Assembly (NCBI GenBank): GCA_012295275.1
Contig: CM022675.1
Span: 1,674,001 to 1,738,000 of the forward strand
Origin: Chrysomallon squamiferum
Taxonomy: Eukaryota > Animalia > Mollusca
DNA: 64,000 nucleotides
Direction of reading: 5' to 3'
Shown: positions 1-15,522 of the stretch, in pieces
Layout: each line of letters begins with the position of its first letter
Position numbering within the stretch: the first letter of the stretch is position 1
Translations under genes and position numbers: made by a program
Notes under the pieces: model-generated
What the model was told of the DNA's origin: nothing
The model's database searches: none
What the model saw: the letters and a program-made list of their open reading frames with translations, nothing else

Positions 1-1700
1 AAAGAAACGGGATGTGATAGATAATATCTGCGGATGTTAGGGAGTAACATAAAGTTGTATTTTCAGATAAATGGTGTATACACTGTTCAAAATAAAAAAT
101 TAGATCTTACATATATCTCTCAGTCAGTTTAAATACGAGAAAGATATAGGATTTCCACAAAGTCAGAAATAAATTAGCAATTAAATAAAAGCTTTCAAAT
201 TTATCTTTAAGAACAAATGAGTTAAACTTAGAATTCTCACTTACTCAGCACTAAATAAACAGATAATTTATAAAATTAAATAACACAAAGATTGTATGAT
301 TTAGATATGTCTGTTGCATCTTTAAAATATATACATATATATTTTTTAAAGGGAATGCAGGTGGAACACACTAAATAATCGACGTACGTGCATTTAAACG
401 CGTTTAAAAATACCAGACAAGTTTGTGAACAAAGTCTTATAAAACTGGTTTGACTGACACTAAATTTAGGACAGCGGTCTCTTTTAACACGCTTACCTCA
501 ATTATCATACAAATAATTAATCCTCGTGATTTTCTTCGTCATAAAAGTGATGCCGTCGAAACCTAGTAACTATTAACATTGAGAAGTTCATACAAGAAGT
601 CAGCCAAACAAGAAACAACAACAAAGAAAAAAAAAATAATAATAATAATAATAATAAAATAAAAAAGAAATGTTTTTATACAGTAGTTATGACTTCACAT
701 GACATGTGATTTAAAATCGGTGATACATTGAAACAAGCTTTCTTTTTTTCTTTTCACAAAAATACTTTAAAGCTCATCTTAATACACATTTTTACACTTC
801 TTTCCAAACACATCACATAGTGTATTATATATATAATATATACGTGCGTGTGTGTACGTATCTTACTTCAATAAATGTAAAAGTCACTAATTTTATATTT
901 TGTATCTGTGATTCTTCAGGAAACGTAGATTATGTACACACTGCTGCAGCTATCACTGCTGGTACTACTACTACTACAACCACTACTACTACTGCTACAC
1001 TAACACTAACGTTAATACTAACACTCATTTTGTACCAGTGAATATATGATAATATATACTTCTCTATAACCTCTTTTCTCATTGTTTGTTTTCTTTCTTA
1101 AAGTCCAGAATAAGAATTGTACAATGACATAAGTTAATACACAGACTGTCTCTGAGAGGTTGCAGACATTTCATGTAAACAGTCAATTAACAACACGACA
1201 ATAAATAAAGTTTTGTCATAATTAGATCTTCTGATGTTTGAGTACAGAGTAAAGAAAACACATCTTATCGTAGCGGGGATTACGAGAAGACACGAAATTG
1301 TATTTTCAGACGAATGGTGTAAACAGTCAATTAACATCACCGTACAGAACAAAGAATTAATACTTGAATGTATCTGTTAATATGTAATCTTTGTTTTCTG
1401 ATATTATTTCAAGTAGAAAAGTTTATTATTTATTAATTTATTTTAACACCATGTTTCATCGACATCAGTGAGTAATATATTTGTATTTACTGTTTTATTT
1501 TATTTTACTGTATTTTTGTTCCATTTTATGAATTTTAGTTTGATGAAAAATAAAACATAGTTTGCCAAACAGAGAGGAAATATAAAAAAAACCTCAGTAC
1601 AATTAAAATTGTTTATTTATTTCTTCCCCTCTATTCTATTTTATTCTACTCTAGCTCAGTGTAGATTTACCTGTGGGATTTATATATTTAGACTGATTAC

Positions 1701-1777
<77 letters not shown>

Positions 1778-2300
1778 ATTATGACAAACACTTTTGAGAA
1801 ATGTTATGTGTCTCGGGAACGTACAAAAATATAGTGATATATTCGTTTCTATCGCGTTTGTCATCAAGGCTGATTTAAATAAAATTAAAGTAAAACTTTC
1901 ACTCTCAGTCAGCTGTGTGTGACGAACATCTTGACATTCTCGTCCAAAGTGTATTTTATTATGACTGTTAATTCTGTATGATATATGTTTATATGTGTAT
2001 ATATATATATATATATATTTTAATCTGGTTACTTTAATCATGCTTGACTAAGTACTTATCTACGAACCTGTATACATCTATGCATCTACCTACCTCTTTA
2101 TAATTCTGTTTTCTCTGTGTTTATCTACACCTCTGTTTGTCAGTTTGTTATTCCTGTTCATTCGATATTTTTCTATTTCATTTCAATTTCGTTTAGTTAG
2201 CCTTATTCTTATTTTTTCAATGTATTTTATTATTATATGTCAATTCTGTATGACACTTTTTCTGGTCTAATTTGTTTATTTATTTATTTATTTACTTATT
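1..2300 (+). repeat. Segmental duplicate of 10331-~12630
   Basis: Position 1 (aaagaaacgggatgtgatag) recurs at 10331. The copies are almost identical for ~1.05 kb, then collinear but more diverged. Confidence 0.9.
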
Positions 2301-2894
2301 TATTTTTTTCTTTGATTTATGTTAATCTGGTAGTTAATTATATTTCACTAAAAGCAGTAGTAGTTGTAGTTATATTAGTAAGGGTAGTAGCAGCAGCAGT
2401 AGTAATATTAGTAGTATTCGTATGAATAAACAATGAATAGATTAAATCTTCGTTTTGCATTAATGACGAATGGACACTACCATCTACGCAAGTACCTACT
2501 TACTATTTTCTACCTAAGTGTGTAACTAAATATCTACCCAACGTTTTGTGATTACATCTCTTCTCCCGTTCCTCTTCCATTCATTTATCTACCTAACTAT
2601 TTATTGTCTTTTTTCATCTTGTTGTTATTGTCATTATTATTCTTTTTGGTCAATATATTTATTTGTTGTCCTTTTATTTTACTTTCGTTCCTTTCTAGTT
2701 GGTTATTTTTTTTGTTTGTTTAATTTATTTATTTATTATTATTTTGTTTTTCTACTTTTTACTTTTCTTTCTCTTTCTTTTATTATTATTATCATTTTCA
2801 TTCTTTTCTAACTAATAGATGACATTTTGCAATGATATTTAAAGAGTATTAGAAAATACTCAGAAAAAGAACATTAGCTTTGACATTTATTTAC

Positions 2895-3070
2895 GTTTGT
2901 TACGAGAGTAAGTCTGACATTAGTGTAGATAATAATACATCGAGTGTTGTAGCTGTTGTTAGAAACACACAAACAGATTTAACTCCATACATCTCGAGTC
3001 TACTGCCCTACGGAGATGGTTCACTGGTCGAGTAGGCGTTGCTATTAGTTCGTTTGTACCTGTGTTCGTG
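2895..3070 (+). repeat. Dispersed ~170-bp repeat family, usually followed by (GT)n
   Basis: The motif gtagataataatacatcga...catctcgagtctactgc...ggttcactg recurs at ~3500-3690 (-), ~12770-12965 (+), ~34580-34760 (-) and ~35345-35560 (+). Confidence 0.75.
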
Positions 3071-3176
3071 CGTGTGTTTATCTTCGTATGTGTCCCTACA
3101 TACATATATATACATAATCTATCGCTCTTGCTGTATATATGTGTGTGTGTGTGTGTATGTGTGTGTATGTGTATAA

Positions 3177-3216
<40 letters not shown>

Positions 3217-3456
3217 GTAATAATAATCATAACAATATCAATGAGAATAAATTATGTCTCCTCGCACAACTTAAGTAAATGATGCTGGCGGACAAGGCTG
3301 CTGTTATGCGGTAACAAACAGTCACAAGGATGGACGGATTAAAGTACATAAATGGTTACATTGACAGACATGTATATAGATAGAAAGATAAATAAATAAA
3401 TAAATATAAGCATGCAAAACGTGAACCAAGGGCTAAATAAGATATACCCACATGCA

Positions 3457-3507
<51 letters not shown>

Positions 3508-3909
3508 ACAAACGAAGAAATAACAACGCCTACTCGACCAGTGAAGCATGTCCGTAGCGCAGTAGACTCCAGATGTATGCAGCTAAATCTGTTTGTTACA
3601 AAAGCTACAACAATCGCTATATTATTATCTATACAAAATGGGAGACTTACTATCATAACACATGAATGAGTTTAGGCAATCTTAGAAGGATGTTTATGTG
3701 TGCGTGTGTGTGTGTGTGTGTGTGTGCGTTTGTGTGTGTCTGTGTGTGTGCGTTTGTGTGTGTGTGCGTTTGTGTGTGTCTGTGAGTGTGCGTTTGTGTT
3801 TGTGTGTGTGTGTGTCTTGGCATTGGTATCTCAATGTATGTATGCGTGCAAAATATGAAAATGAAACATTTATTACTTCATTTAATTATATTTGTATATG
3901 TATATATAT

Positions 3910-3968
<59 letters not shown>

Positions 3969-4209
3969 CAGAGAGAGAAAGAGTGAGAGAAAGAGACAGA
4001 GAGATTATATATATATGTTTAGCAATTACGTACAAGGTATGAAGTACAGACAAACTGATTGGATGTTGAATTTATTTGTAAATATTATTTCATTGATGCA
4101 GTATTTCTGAATGTAGACGCAGTGAAATATTGTCATGGGGTCAACGTCGTTACTTTAATATCAACTGATGAATCGGGGTGGTACATCTATCAGAATGGTG
4201 AGAGAGGCT

Positions 4210-4715
4210 CAGAGAAGTGTGTGTGCAGGAGTAGCGTCAATGACAGGAGTTCATCGCCGTCTCATGCTTCTACTGACAGCGTTAATCTCAGGAACAGCAA
4301 TTGCGTGATCTGTTTTACCTCCATCATGAACTCCGGTCCAGACCGTGACGCTGCCATCGGCCTATCTGTTAAGATGAACGACGTTGTCTGCATCATTTCG
4401 TTCTCCCATCCCCTCCATACATGACGCCTACCATCCACAAAGTGAACACAAAACTGTATTCGTCTGTGAATACTGTCTGATTCCACTGTGTGCGACACCA
4501 GTGTTAGTGTATTGTGACCCATCTCAGACGTTCCTGAATGTGACGCGCTCTCAGGGTAACAACTACAACAGGGCGACGTGCTTGTAATACAGCAGCACGG
4601 AGACGGTAACGGACAGTTTGAGCATGAATTATAGTGCCTGCGACGTCGTGAACGCGTTGGCCGGCATTAAGCCGTTACATTGCTTCATGGCTTTCATTTT
4701 CCCAACCGAGTCTGC
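4210..4715 (-). mobile_element. Degenerate, internally deleted Tc1/mariner transposase relic
   Basis: Minus-strand translation across stops and frameshifts gives HEAM*RLNAGQRVHDVA / IHAQTVRYRLRAAVLQARRP..LRARHIQERLRW..QWNQTVFTDE-FCVHFVDGRRHVWR..GSVTVWTGVHDGGKTD / SMRRR*TPVIDATPAHTHF*. These match the Tc1 HTH, the first catalytic D (FSDESRF), GGSVMVW and the C-terminal SMRRRC..GHTRY motifs. TIRs were not located. Confidence 0.85.
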
Positions 4716-4864
4716 ACGTGCAGTAGATATACCGGCGTGCACTGTGACAAATGTGTTATTTTCATTTCCCAAAGCGACATGACACATACAGCTAACAGAT
4801 TACCACGTTTTATCACTTTATTTTAACAGAAATGGTGTTGGCAGCGTTAGAGCTAGTAGATACG

Positions 4865-4909
<45 letters not shown>

Positions 4910-4935
4910 ATGTATACTCATATACACACAGATTA

Positions 4936-4970
<35 letters not shown>

Positions 4971-6306
4971 AACGTACATACACACAGACACACATATAAC
5001 ACATATATACACACATATACACACACATATACACAGACACTCTTACATAACTACGTACATACATACATACATACATACAAACATAAAAGCATTCATGCAT
5101 ACCAACTTACAAACTTATTATTATCTGCTATCCGATCTTACTCTGTCATTAGACATAATCAGCAAACACACGCCCACACACCCACACACACACACACACC
5201 CACACACACAAGATAAATGAAATATAAAGGTGCCTGAATTAACTAATGTAGCTGAAAGAAGATATGAATGTTTTGTAAAATACAAACAAAATTGCAGGCT
5301 GTTATATAAACAGCTAAAATAGTCTTAACCATTTAGTTTAAGAAATAAAAAGAAGTAAGAAACAGTTGAAAACACGTATGAAAGCAGCACGTGTGTTCAG
5401 CCAACTGAAACGAGTATGTACTGTAAGGTCGGTAGGAAACTTTACACGTAAACAAACGTAAAATGTAAAATGTACAGTGAAGCCTTCTTTAATCACTTTC
5501 TTTAGTAGTAGAATAGCAGCACTAGCAGTGATAGTAGTAGTGTCAACAATAGTAATAATAATGTTAGTAAGTAGAGTATTAGCAGTGGTAAAATCAGTAT
5601 ATATAGACAGTATTTACAGTTATGATGTGAGAATTAGTATTAATCTAATACTAGTAATAGTAGGAGTAGTAAATACTCAATAGCGCCTCTATTTTTGGAG
5701 AGCCATTCTATTTTGAACTGTTTCTTTACAGGTATTGGGAAAAGAGATAGAAGGGTATATATATATATATTAGACTGATGTACAGCGGGAGAGAAACAGA
5801 AACATGTACACATGCATAGATAGACAAACAGTTATAAAGCAATTATCTGACAATCTACCTTCGTTCCTTTTATTTGATTAGCTTATTTTTAGTTCATTTA
5901 ATTGTTTAATTATTATTATTGTTGTTGTTGTTGACGTTGTTGTCGTTGTAGCACTTAGTAATATAACAAAACGAGAAACACGTTGTGCACGGTGACTCTT
6001 CCAGTCATTACAGAGGCTCGCTTACCCAAAGCTGCCTATGTATAAAAACTGGGTATGTAACAAATGTTAATAGTCCTCACGTGTTTAGTATCTTTTGTTA
6101 GACGGACTGAAACACGTTGTTATAAATGATAATTGCAAAAATAAACTTTAACGTTCATTGCTTTTAACCCACTGTTGCTCATTACAGACTAATACAGACT
6201 GTGGACATTTAAAAAGAAAGAACACTCTCTTTTCTGTCACACTTCAGTTAACATTTAGCAACTGTGAGAGTGACGGTGAAATACAGCGTGAACATTGGCA
6301 TGCACA

Positions 6307-6367
<61 letters not shown>

Positions 6368-6608
6368 CATATGACGTATTTCGTATTAAAAATCGTACGA
6401 GAAGAAACACTAGTTGTTTTCATGATATTAAAATTAATACTATTACGTTACACAGACAAATATATGAAGTGGAAGCCAAAAGAAGACTGAAATTACGTTA
6501 AAACGAACAGAACAAATATCAAACAAATAAATTCATAGCAAAATTAAATAAATAAATAAAATTATAAACAAAGATAAAGAGGTACAAAAATACTGAGTTG
6601 TAGAGAGG

Positions 6609-6722
<114 letters not shown>

Positions 6723-8225
6723 TATGATGCAATAGTTAAACCAGTTATTCATTGGACAAGATGGTTTCTTTGTGCTTACCATATAAATACAGCTAAACAC
6801 ATCGTGAGATGCAGTTTTATGTTTTATTCTAAACACATTGAACTGTGTAAGTGAGGACAAAGCTTCATTTGTGAGTGTCACAAGAAACAAGGTAGGTTCA
6901 CGTTACCTTACTTCAGTTAATATGTTTGTGTTGTCTGTACATTATCATGCATCTGACTTTATCAAATGTATGTATGTATATTCTCTATGTAACAAAAGAC
7001 GTATCAGCAGATTTATTATTACCTCAGTTCTTGATTTTTGTTTATGCTGAGGTTGCTGTTGTTCAGTTCTGCAGTCTAGTCTTAACTGAGAGTAAAACAA
7101 AAGAATTCAGTTTTAAATAAATAATAATTACCAAGATATGCAAAAATCATTACTGCATGAAATTTAAACTGACAGTAAACTGTAAAAAGGGTGAAAGTGT
7201 TTTTGATCTGATAAAATCAAAGTTGATGATGCAGATAGCTACAGATATCTTGGTATTAATTGCGTGTAAAAATAAAGTTCAGTTCAGACTCTCGTACACA
7301 TTTTTGTAGTCAGGTATGTACTACATGATCTACTTTCGAATGGTGATGACAAACATGTAGGCGATATCCTAAATTAGAAATAATTAAAACGATTGATAAA
7401 AAAGATAAGAAATAAAATCATGTTGTAAAAATAATATAATATGTAAATTATGCGTAATTTTGATCAGCTTAATGCAATATAATTTATACATATTGTAGCA
7501 AATCTAAATACTTTTTTACTAAATTATTATTCAAAAATAGAATTATGTTTGTTCAGATAGAAAGATATTCAATCCCAGGTGAAAAAAGAAACTAAAAATG
7601 CCGCCTTTTTATTTATTCATTATTTATTTATTTTTATTTTTTAATTATATATATATTTGATTTTTTATTGTTTTGATTTTTTTTTAACATTTCCAGATAG
7701 TTAACAACATCTAGTCCGAATCTAGTAATGTTAAAGTTTTTGAAGAAATCTTATTTCCAGGGATATCTGTATCAAATCTGGACCATCCAGTTATCTTTAT
7801 AAAAACCTTAATAGAGACAGACGTAATAATAATAATAATAATAGTTAATTTAATAATGATTTTTGTTTGTTTGTTTTGTTGTTTTTTTTCAAATTCTCTA
7901 TATTCATATTCTACATATTTGTATTGTTACTGTAAATCCACAGTCTTGTTATTAACTTGTATATGTGTAACTATGGATTCTTACTGACTGAAACTGAAAC
8001 TAACAGAAAACTCTAACTATGTAAATATGTATGTCTGGCTGAAGGAATGGCTGTATGTATGTATCTCTGTGTGTAGGTATACATCTATACATGACGCATG
8101 TGTTACAGGGTTTATGTATAGTAAGCCTTTTCTCTTCAACTTTTTTCAATTATCCTTTGTTTTCAGGTAGAAAAAAAGTATTTTAATGATTTTTTTCATT
8201 TGTTTTAATTATTCTTCTTCTTCTT

Positions 8226-8256
<31 letters not shown>

Positions 8257-8818
8257 TTATTATTATTATTATTATTATTACAATTATTATTATTCATTTA
8301 GTTACTTTTTGTTTTCATTTGTTTTTGTCTTTATTTATTTATTTATTTATCTTTCTATCTATATACGTGTCTTTCAATCTTTCCTTTCGTCCATCGTTGT
8401 GATTGTTTGTTACCAGAAAACAGCAGCCTTGTCCGCCAGCATCATTTACTTAAGTTGTGCAATTGCAGCAATAGTAATGGTAATATATGTATTAGAAGTC
8501 ATAGTAATACTAGTAATAGCAGTAATACTACAAACCTTCATACCTACGTTTTATCTTATGTTCATCTGTCTATTCATTTATCTACATATCTACGTTTTTT
8601 ATTGTATTCTATTCTTCTTTACTTTAGTTTAGTGTTAATTATATTTTTTTTAATTATTGTTTCTACTTTTATTTATTTTTTCTCTATTATAAAGATTTAT
8701 AAGAACATTTGTTTGATTTTATTTATCCCGTAGTCGAATATAAATAACACGATATATTTGTTTGAATTCTGTTTGCCCATCAAAGCTGATGTAAATAAAA
8801 TTAAAGTAAAACTTTCAC

Positions 8819-9018
8819 NNNNNNNNNNNNNNNNNNNNNNNNNNNNNNNNNNNNNNNNNNNNNNNNNNNNNNNNNNNNNNNNNNNNNNNNNNNNNNNNNN
8901 NNNNNNNNNNNNNNNNNNNNNNNNNNNNNNNNNNNNNNNNNNNNNNNNNNNNNNNNNNNNNNNNNNNNNNNNNNNNNNNNNNNNNNNNNNNNNNNNNNNN
9001 NNNNNNNNNNNNNNNNNN
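8819..9018. other. Assembly gap (200 N)
   Basis: Run of n. Confidence 1.
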
Positions 9019-9578
9019 ACTAATATTACCATTACTACTACTATTAATATTACTCACTACTATTATTATTACTACTACTATTATTACTATTATTATTATT
9101 ATTATTATTACTACTACTATTATTACTACTACTACTACTATTATTATTATTAATAATTAATATTACTACTACTACTACTACCATTATTAATACTCACTAC
9201 TATTATTACTATTACCACCATTCACACATTACTATTACTAATACCATTATTATTATTACTTATTACTTCACTACCACATTATTATTACTATTACCATTAC
9301 CACATTATTATTACCATTACTATTACTATTACCATTATTTACTACTACTACTTTATTACTATTACTACTACTACTATTATTACTACTACTACATTACTAC
9401 TACTACTATTATTATTACTACTATTATTATTACTACTACTATTACTATTACTATTATTATTATTATTACTATTACTATTATTATTATTATTATTATTACT
9501 ACTACTACTATTATTACTATTACTATTACTATTATTATTATTATTATTATTATTACTATTATTATTATTATTATTGTT
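9019..9578. repeat. Long imperfect (TAT/TAC)n low-complexity tract
   Basis: Direct reading; it abuts the gap. Confidence 0.95.
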
Positions 9579-10209
9579 TATCAATAGCTCTTTGTGCATT
9601 TAGTTACACCCATTTTTTTAATGTTATTTAAACAAACAGTACAGCATCACCAATGTGGACAGCACGATGTAATATCGCTATGTGAATGATTGTCATTGAT
9701 AAGAATGAAGAGAATTGTAAGTACAGTAGAAATTGTATTAAATAAAATTAAAATTATTTGTTAGAGAGTTTGAGATACTTGAAAGCAGCGTTACTAAATT
9801 GCTGAGACAGTAGACATGTAGAATAGCATTATAAACGTATTCAGTTACCTGCAATTAAATATAAAACATTTTCAAATCTTAGTTTCAGAACAAAAGAGTA
9901 AGAAGGATAAGTCATGGTTAATTTGACACACGAGCACAACTGATAAGACGTTTCGCTTGTGTCAAATAACAGAGATAAAAGTTGTAAATGTACCACTGTG
10001 TAATGACTAGAAATTTATCAAATCTAACAATGAATAATTACATAGTTAGAACTTGAACATTTCTGATTTTTTCAATATTAAATAATTTGTAAAGAAATTT
10101 TGCAACAGGGATGAATATGTTTAGAAATAAACAGATTTTGTTCATTGATAATTACAAACTAATGATTATGATGATGACGACGACGATGATGAAGATGATG
10201 ATGATGATG

Positions 10210-10251
<42 letters not shown>

Positions 10252-10330
10252 GTAATAATAATAGTAATTTAATTGCATAACGAATCTTCTACACAGACTG
10301 TGAGAGCTTTCAAAATAAATTACGATGTTA

Positions 10331-12021
10331 AAAGAAACGGGATGTGATAGATATTATATCTGCGGATGTTAGGGAGTAACATAAAGTTGTATTTTCAGAT
10401 AAATGGTGTATACACTGTTCAAAATAAAAAATTAGATCTTACATATATCTCTCAGTCAGTTTAAATACGAGAAAGATTTAGGATTTCCACAAAGTCAGAA
10501 ATAAATTAGCAATTAAATAAAAGCTTTCAAATTTATCTTTAAGAACAAATGAGTTAAACTTAGAATTCTCACTTACTCAGCACTAAATAAACAGATAATT
10601 TATAAAATTAAATAACACAAAGATTGTATGATTTTAGATATGTCTGTTGCATCTTTAAAATATATACATATATATTTTTTTAAAGGGAATGCAGGTGGAA
10701 CACACTAAATAATCGACGTACGTGCATTTAAACGCGTTTAAAAATACCAGACAAGTTTGTGAACAAAGTCTTATAAAACTGGTTTGAGTGACACTAAATT
10801 TAGGACAGCGGTCTCTTTTAACACGCTTACCTCAATTATCATACAAATAATTAATCCTCGTGATTTTCTTCGTCATAAAAGTGATGCCGTCGAAACCTAG
10901 TAACTATTAACATTGAAAAGTTCATAGAAGTCAGCCAAACAAGAAACAACAACAAAGAAAAAAAAAAAATAATAATAATAATAAAATAAAAAAGAAATGT
11001 TTTTATACAGTAGTTATGACTTCACATGACATGTGATTTAAAATCGGTGATACATTGAAACAAGCTTTCTTTTTTTCTTTTCACAAAAATACTTTAAAGC
11101 TCATCTTAATACACATTTTTACACTTCTTTCCAAACACATCACATAGTGTATTATATATATAATATATTAGTGCGTGTGTGTACGTATCTTACTTCAATA
11201 AATGTAAAAGTCACTAATTTTATATTTTGTATCTGTGATTCTTCAGGAAACGTAGATTATGTACACACTGCTGCAGCTATCACTGCTGGTACTACTACTA
11301 CTACAACCACTACTACTACTGCTACACTAACACTAACGTTAATACTAAGACTCATTTTGGACCAGTGAATATATGATAATATATACTTCTATGTAACATC
11401 TTTTCTCAACTTTATTTTTTTTTCTTAAAGTGGAGAATAAGAATGATAAAATGAAATAAGTTAATACACAGACTGTCTCTGAGAGCTTGCAGACATTTCA
11501 TGTAAACAGTCAATTAACAACACGACAATAAATAAAGTTTTGTCATAATTAGATCTTCTGGTGTTTGATTACAGAGTAAAGAAAACACATCTTATCGTAG
11601 CGGGGATTACGAGATGACACGAAATTGTATTTTCAGACGAATGGTGTAAACAGTCAGTTAACATCACCGTACAGAACAAAGAATTAATACTTGAATGTAA
11701 CTGTTAACATGTAATCTTTGTTTTGCGAGATTATTTAAAGTAGAAAAGTTTATTAGTTATTAATTTATTTTAACACCATGTTTCATCGACATTAGTGAGT
11801 AATATATTTGTATTTACTGTTTTATTTTTATTGCATTTTATTACCTTTTTTTTTTTTTTTGATGATAAATTAAACATAATTTGCCTAACACAGAGGAAAT
11901 ATAAAAAAGGATCAGTACAACAAAAATAGTTTATTCATTCTCTTCTCTTCTCTTCTATTTTATTCTACTTTAGCTTAGTCTAAATTAACCTGTGCTATTT
12001 ATATATTTAGACTAGTATTAC

Positions 12022-12113
<92 letters not shown>

Positions 12114-12630
12114 CTGTGTCTCTCTCTCTAATTATTATGACAAACACTCTTGAGCAGTTTTTATGTGTCTCATGGACGTACTAAAATATAGTGATATATT
12201 TGTTTGAATCGAGTTTGTCATCGAGGCTGATGTAATTAAAATTAAAGTAAAACTTTCACTCTCAGTCAGCTGTGTGTGACGAACATCTTGACATTCTCCT
12301 CCGTAGTGTATTTTATTGTGTGTGTTAATTCTGTATCAGATTTTTATTTTTTTGACTCTGGTTACCTGGTGGCTATGTTAATCATGTTTGACTACCTACG
12401 AGCCTACCAACCTACACTATTTCAGTGTATAGATATGCATCTTTCTATTTCTTTATATATCTGTTTTTGTGTGTCTATCTATGCCTCTGTTTTTCAGTTT
12501 GTTATTGCTGTCCATTTCAGTATACTGTATTGCATTTCAGTTTAGTTTAGTTAGCGCTATTTTTTAATTATTTTCAATTCATTTTATTATTATATGTTAA
12601 TTTTCTCTGATACGTTTTTGTGATTATTTC
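10331..12630 (+). repeat. Segmental duplicate of 1-~2300
   Basis: Collinear with the window start, including the twin spurious ORFs at 820 and 11147. Confidence 0.9.
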
Positions 12631-12921
12631 ATTAATTAATTTATTTATATTTAAGAAACAAGCTGACACTTTACAGATATTTGTAACTGTGTTTAAGAAA
12701 ATATTAAGAAAATAGACTAAAACATCGTCCTAAGATTACCTAACTCTTGCAGGTGTTACAATTGTAAGTCTCCCTTTTGTGTGTAGATAATAATACATCG
12801 AATCTTGTAGCTTTTGTTAGACATCCAAACAGTTTTACGTCCAGACATCTCGAGTCTACTGCTCTAAGAAAATGGTTCACTGATCGTGTATGGCTTGCTG
12901 TTTGTTGGCTTGTATTCTGTA

Positions 12922-12965
<44 letters not shown>

Positions 12966-13432
12966 TGTTAATTTTCTTATGGCATTAATATTTCACTATA
13001 AAAGGAACTAATATTTTGATGAGTGAAATTTAAAACTGTTTTGAAGAAAGTATTAAGAGAAACTAGTTTGACAACGTTTGACTAGATTGTTGTAGTGAAC
13101 TAATATAAACACACTTGCGATGCCTCACTGTTCATCTACACTATTACTCGTCTTCCACGCTGTGTTTTTCACTCGCTTGTTGTACGTCAACAAACAAATA
13201 TTATCTGATAAATTAATGTTTTTATTTTATTATTTCTTTTCAGTGGAATTTTTTAACTTAAATATAATTATGTGTGCGACTTTATGTATGTCTGTCTGTT
13301 AGTTTGTAATACTAATAATACTACTACTACTAATAATAATAATAATGTGAGAAATAAAAACACAATTTTTATGAATTTCTGCGCAGATTGTGAGAGCTTT
13401 CAGACACTGCACTGAATAACTTTGAATATACA

Positions 13433-14938
13433 TTACGACGTTAAATTAAGCTTGATGCTATCTATGTTCTGACGTCTATACGTATTATCTCTGCGGGTGT
13501 TAGGGTGTGACACAAAGTTGTACTTTAAGATGAATGGTGTATACGCTATTCAGAATAAAAAGTAAATTCTTTAATATATCTCTCAGCCAGTGACCTTTGT
13601 TATAAATGTATGTCTTTTACAAGGGCAGCTTAACTTACTATAAAGTATATGTTTATATAGCTGCCTTACACAAGATATTTACTAACATTTTTTTTTAAAA
13701 ACCTGTTTATAATCATGTCTTAGAAGTGAAAATTATTATGATAAACACGATTCTGCAGTCTGTTTTAACACAGAGGCGTACATAAATATAATATACACAC
13801 ACAAACACACACATATATCTTGCATATATCCATACTCAGTCAGATACGCATGTATGCACACATACATTCATAAACGCATAAATACATGTTAGAATTTTGT
13901 TGTTCCATAAATGTTTATCTATCGATATGTCTGTCCTGCGTCTGTCTGTCTGTCAGTCTATCTACCTGTCTAGCTCTATGCCACCCTACTTATCTCTTTA
14001 TCTCTATATATATCCATCTACCTATCAATTTTCCATCTATCTGCCAATCTATTTATCTATCTAGCTATCTATGTGACCTCTTATTTGTCTATTTATTAAT
14101 CTTAATTTTTCGTTGTTTTTTTTAAAAATCAAATTTTGTATCCAAAATATTTTAATGCAAGATCTAGATGACTAAACTAAACTTTCATAGATATTCCAAA
14201 TTGTACTGAAGCCACAGAAGATTTACCATTGTACACTTTGTCTTACACCAACCTGCACTATTCTAAACTTAATGTTCATCACGTTTATATGACGATGCGT
14301 TTTCTGAATAAATGTCTGCCTTTTCTGTAATGAAATTATTCCTTTCGTTCGTTTCATTAATTAATTTATTAATTAATTTATTTATTTATTTATTACTATT
14401 ATTATTATTATTATTATTATTAATATTATTATGTTTGTATGTTTGTTTAAGGATGAAATTTGTGAAACGCATTGAGCAAAGTATGAAGTGATTGGTTTGA
14501 CATCTCTCTGATTAGGGTCACAAACCTGTACAAACACGTGTAACACATCACTGCACATCTAGACTGGTACTCCGCACTCACAACAACACTCGCTGTTTTC
14601 TTTCACTTGTCATGCATCAAGTAACAGACGTTTAGACGTTTCTGACTGATTTTAGACTTAAAGGTATCCTACATAAAGAAATATAAAACAACTTAAATAA
14701 AAAATATCTTCCAATTTACTGACATATCTAGACAGTATTTCTGACAGTATACTGATAATCATTTGTGTAATAATTTAAACACCCAGAAAGAAACACATTC
14801 ACACTCTTCTACGAACCAACATAAATACAAATATACTCCCTTAAACCACATACGTATATATGGACAGACGCTCATAAAGAAACATACATTATCAAACATA
14901 AACATATAATATAATAATCATCACTCAACTCAACCCAC

Positions 14939-14978
<40 letters not shown>

Positions 14979-15424
14979 ACAGATACACACACACAGATAC
15001 ACACAGATACATACACGCATCTACAACATTATACACATACGGAAACATACACTTACACATATTAACACCCCCATCCACATTAGAAGACAAGCAGATACAT
15101 AGGTAGATATGAAACAAAACTCACTGACACATACATACATACACAAATATATAGACAGATAGATGCACTCATATGCACACATACATTTAGATGCACATAC
15201 AAACATAGATAGATATACAGAGACGTGCACTGGCACACGTTTACACACTTACACTCAAATATCTACACCTATATGGACACATGCATGCATGGATACAAAA
15301 ACCTACGCACGCACGCAGCAGGTAAAGGTAAACCTGTACCTTAGACTACTAAATTCAAAGAAATAAAGAAAGGACAAACCCGCTCGAGAAAATAAAAATA
15401 AAAAGAAGCAAACACTATGTATAA

Positions 15425-15522
<98 letters not shown>

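Noticed and set aside
4059-4587. Plus-strand ORFs 4059-4424 and 4384-4587
   Set aside because: They are antisense shadows of the minus-strand Tc1 relic.
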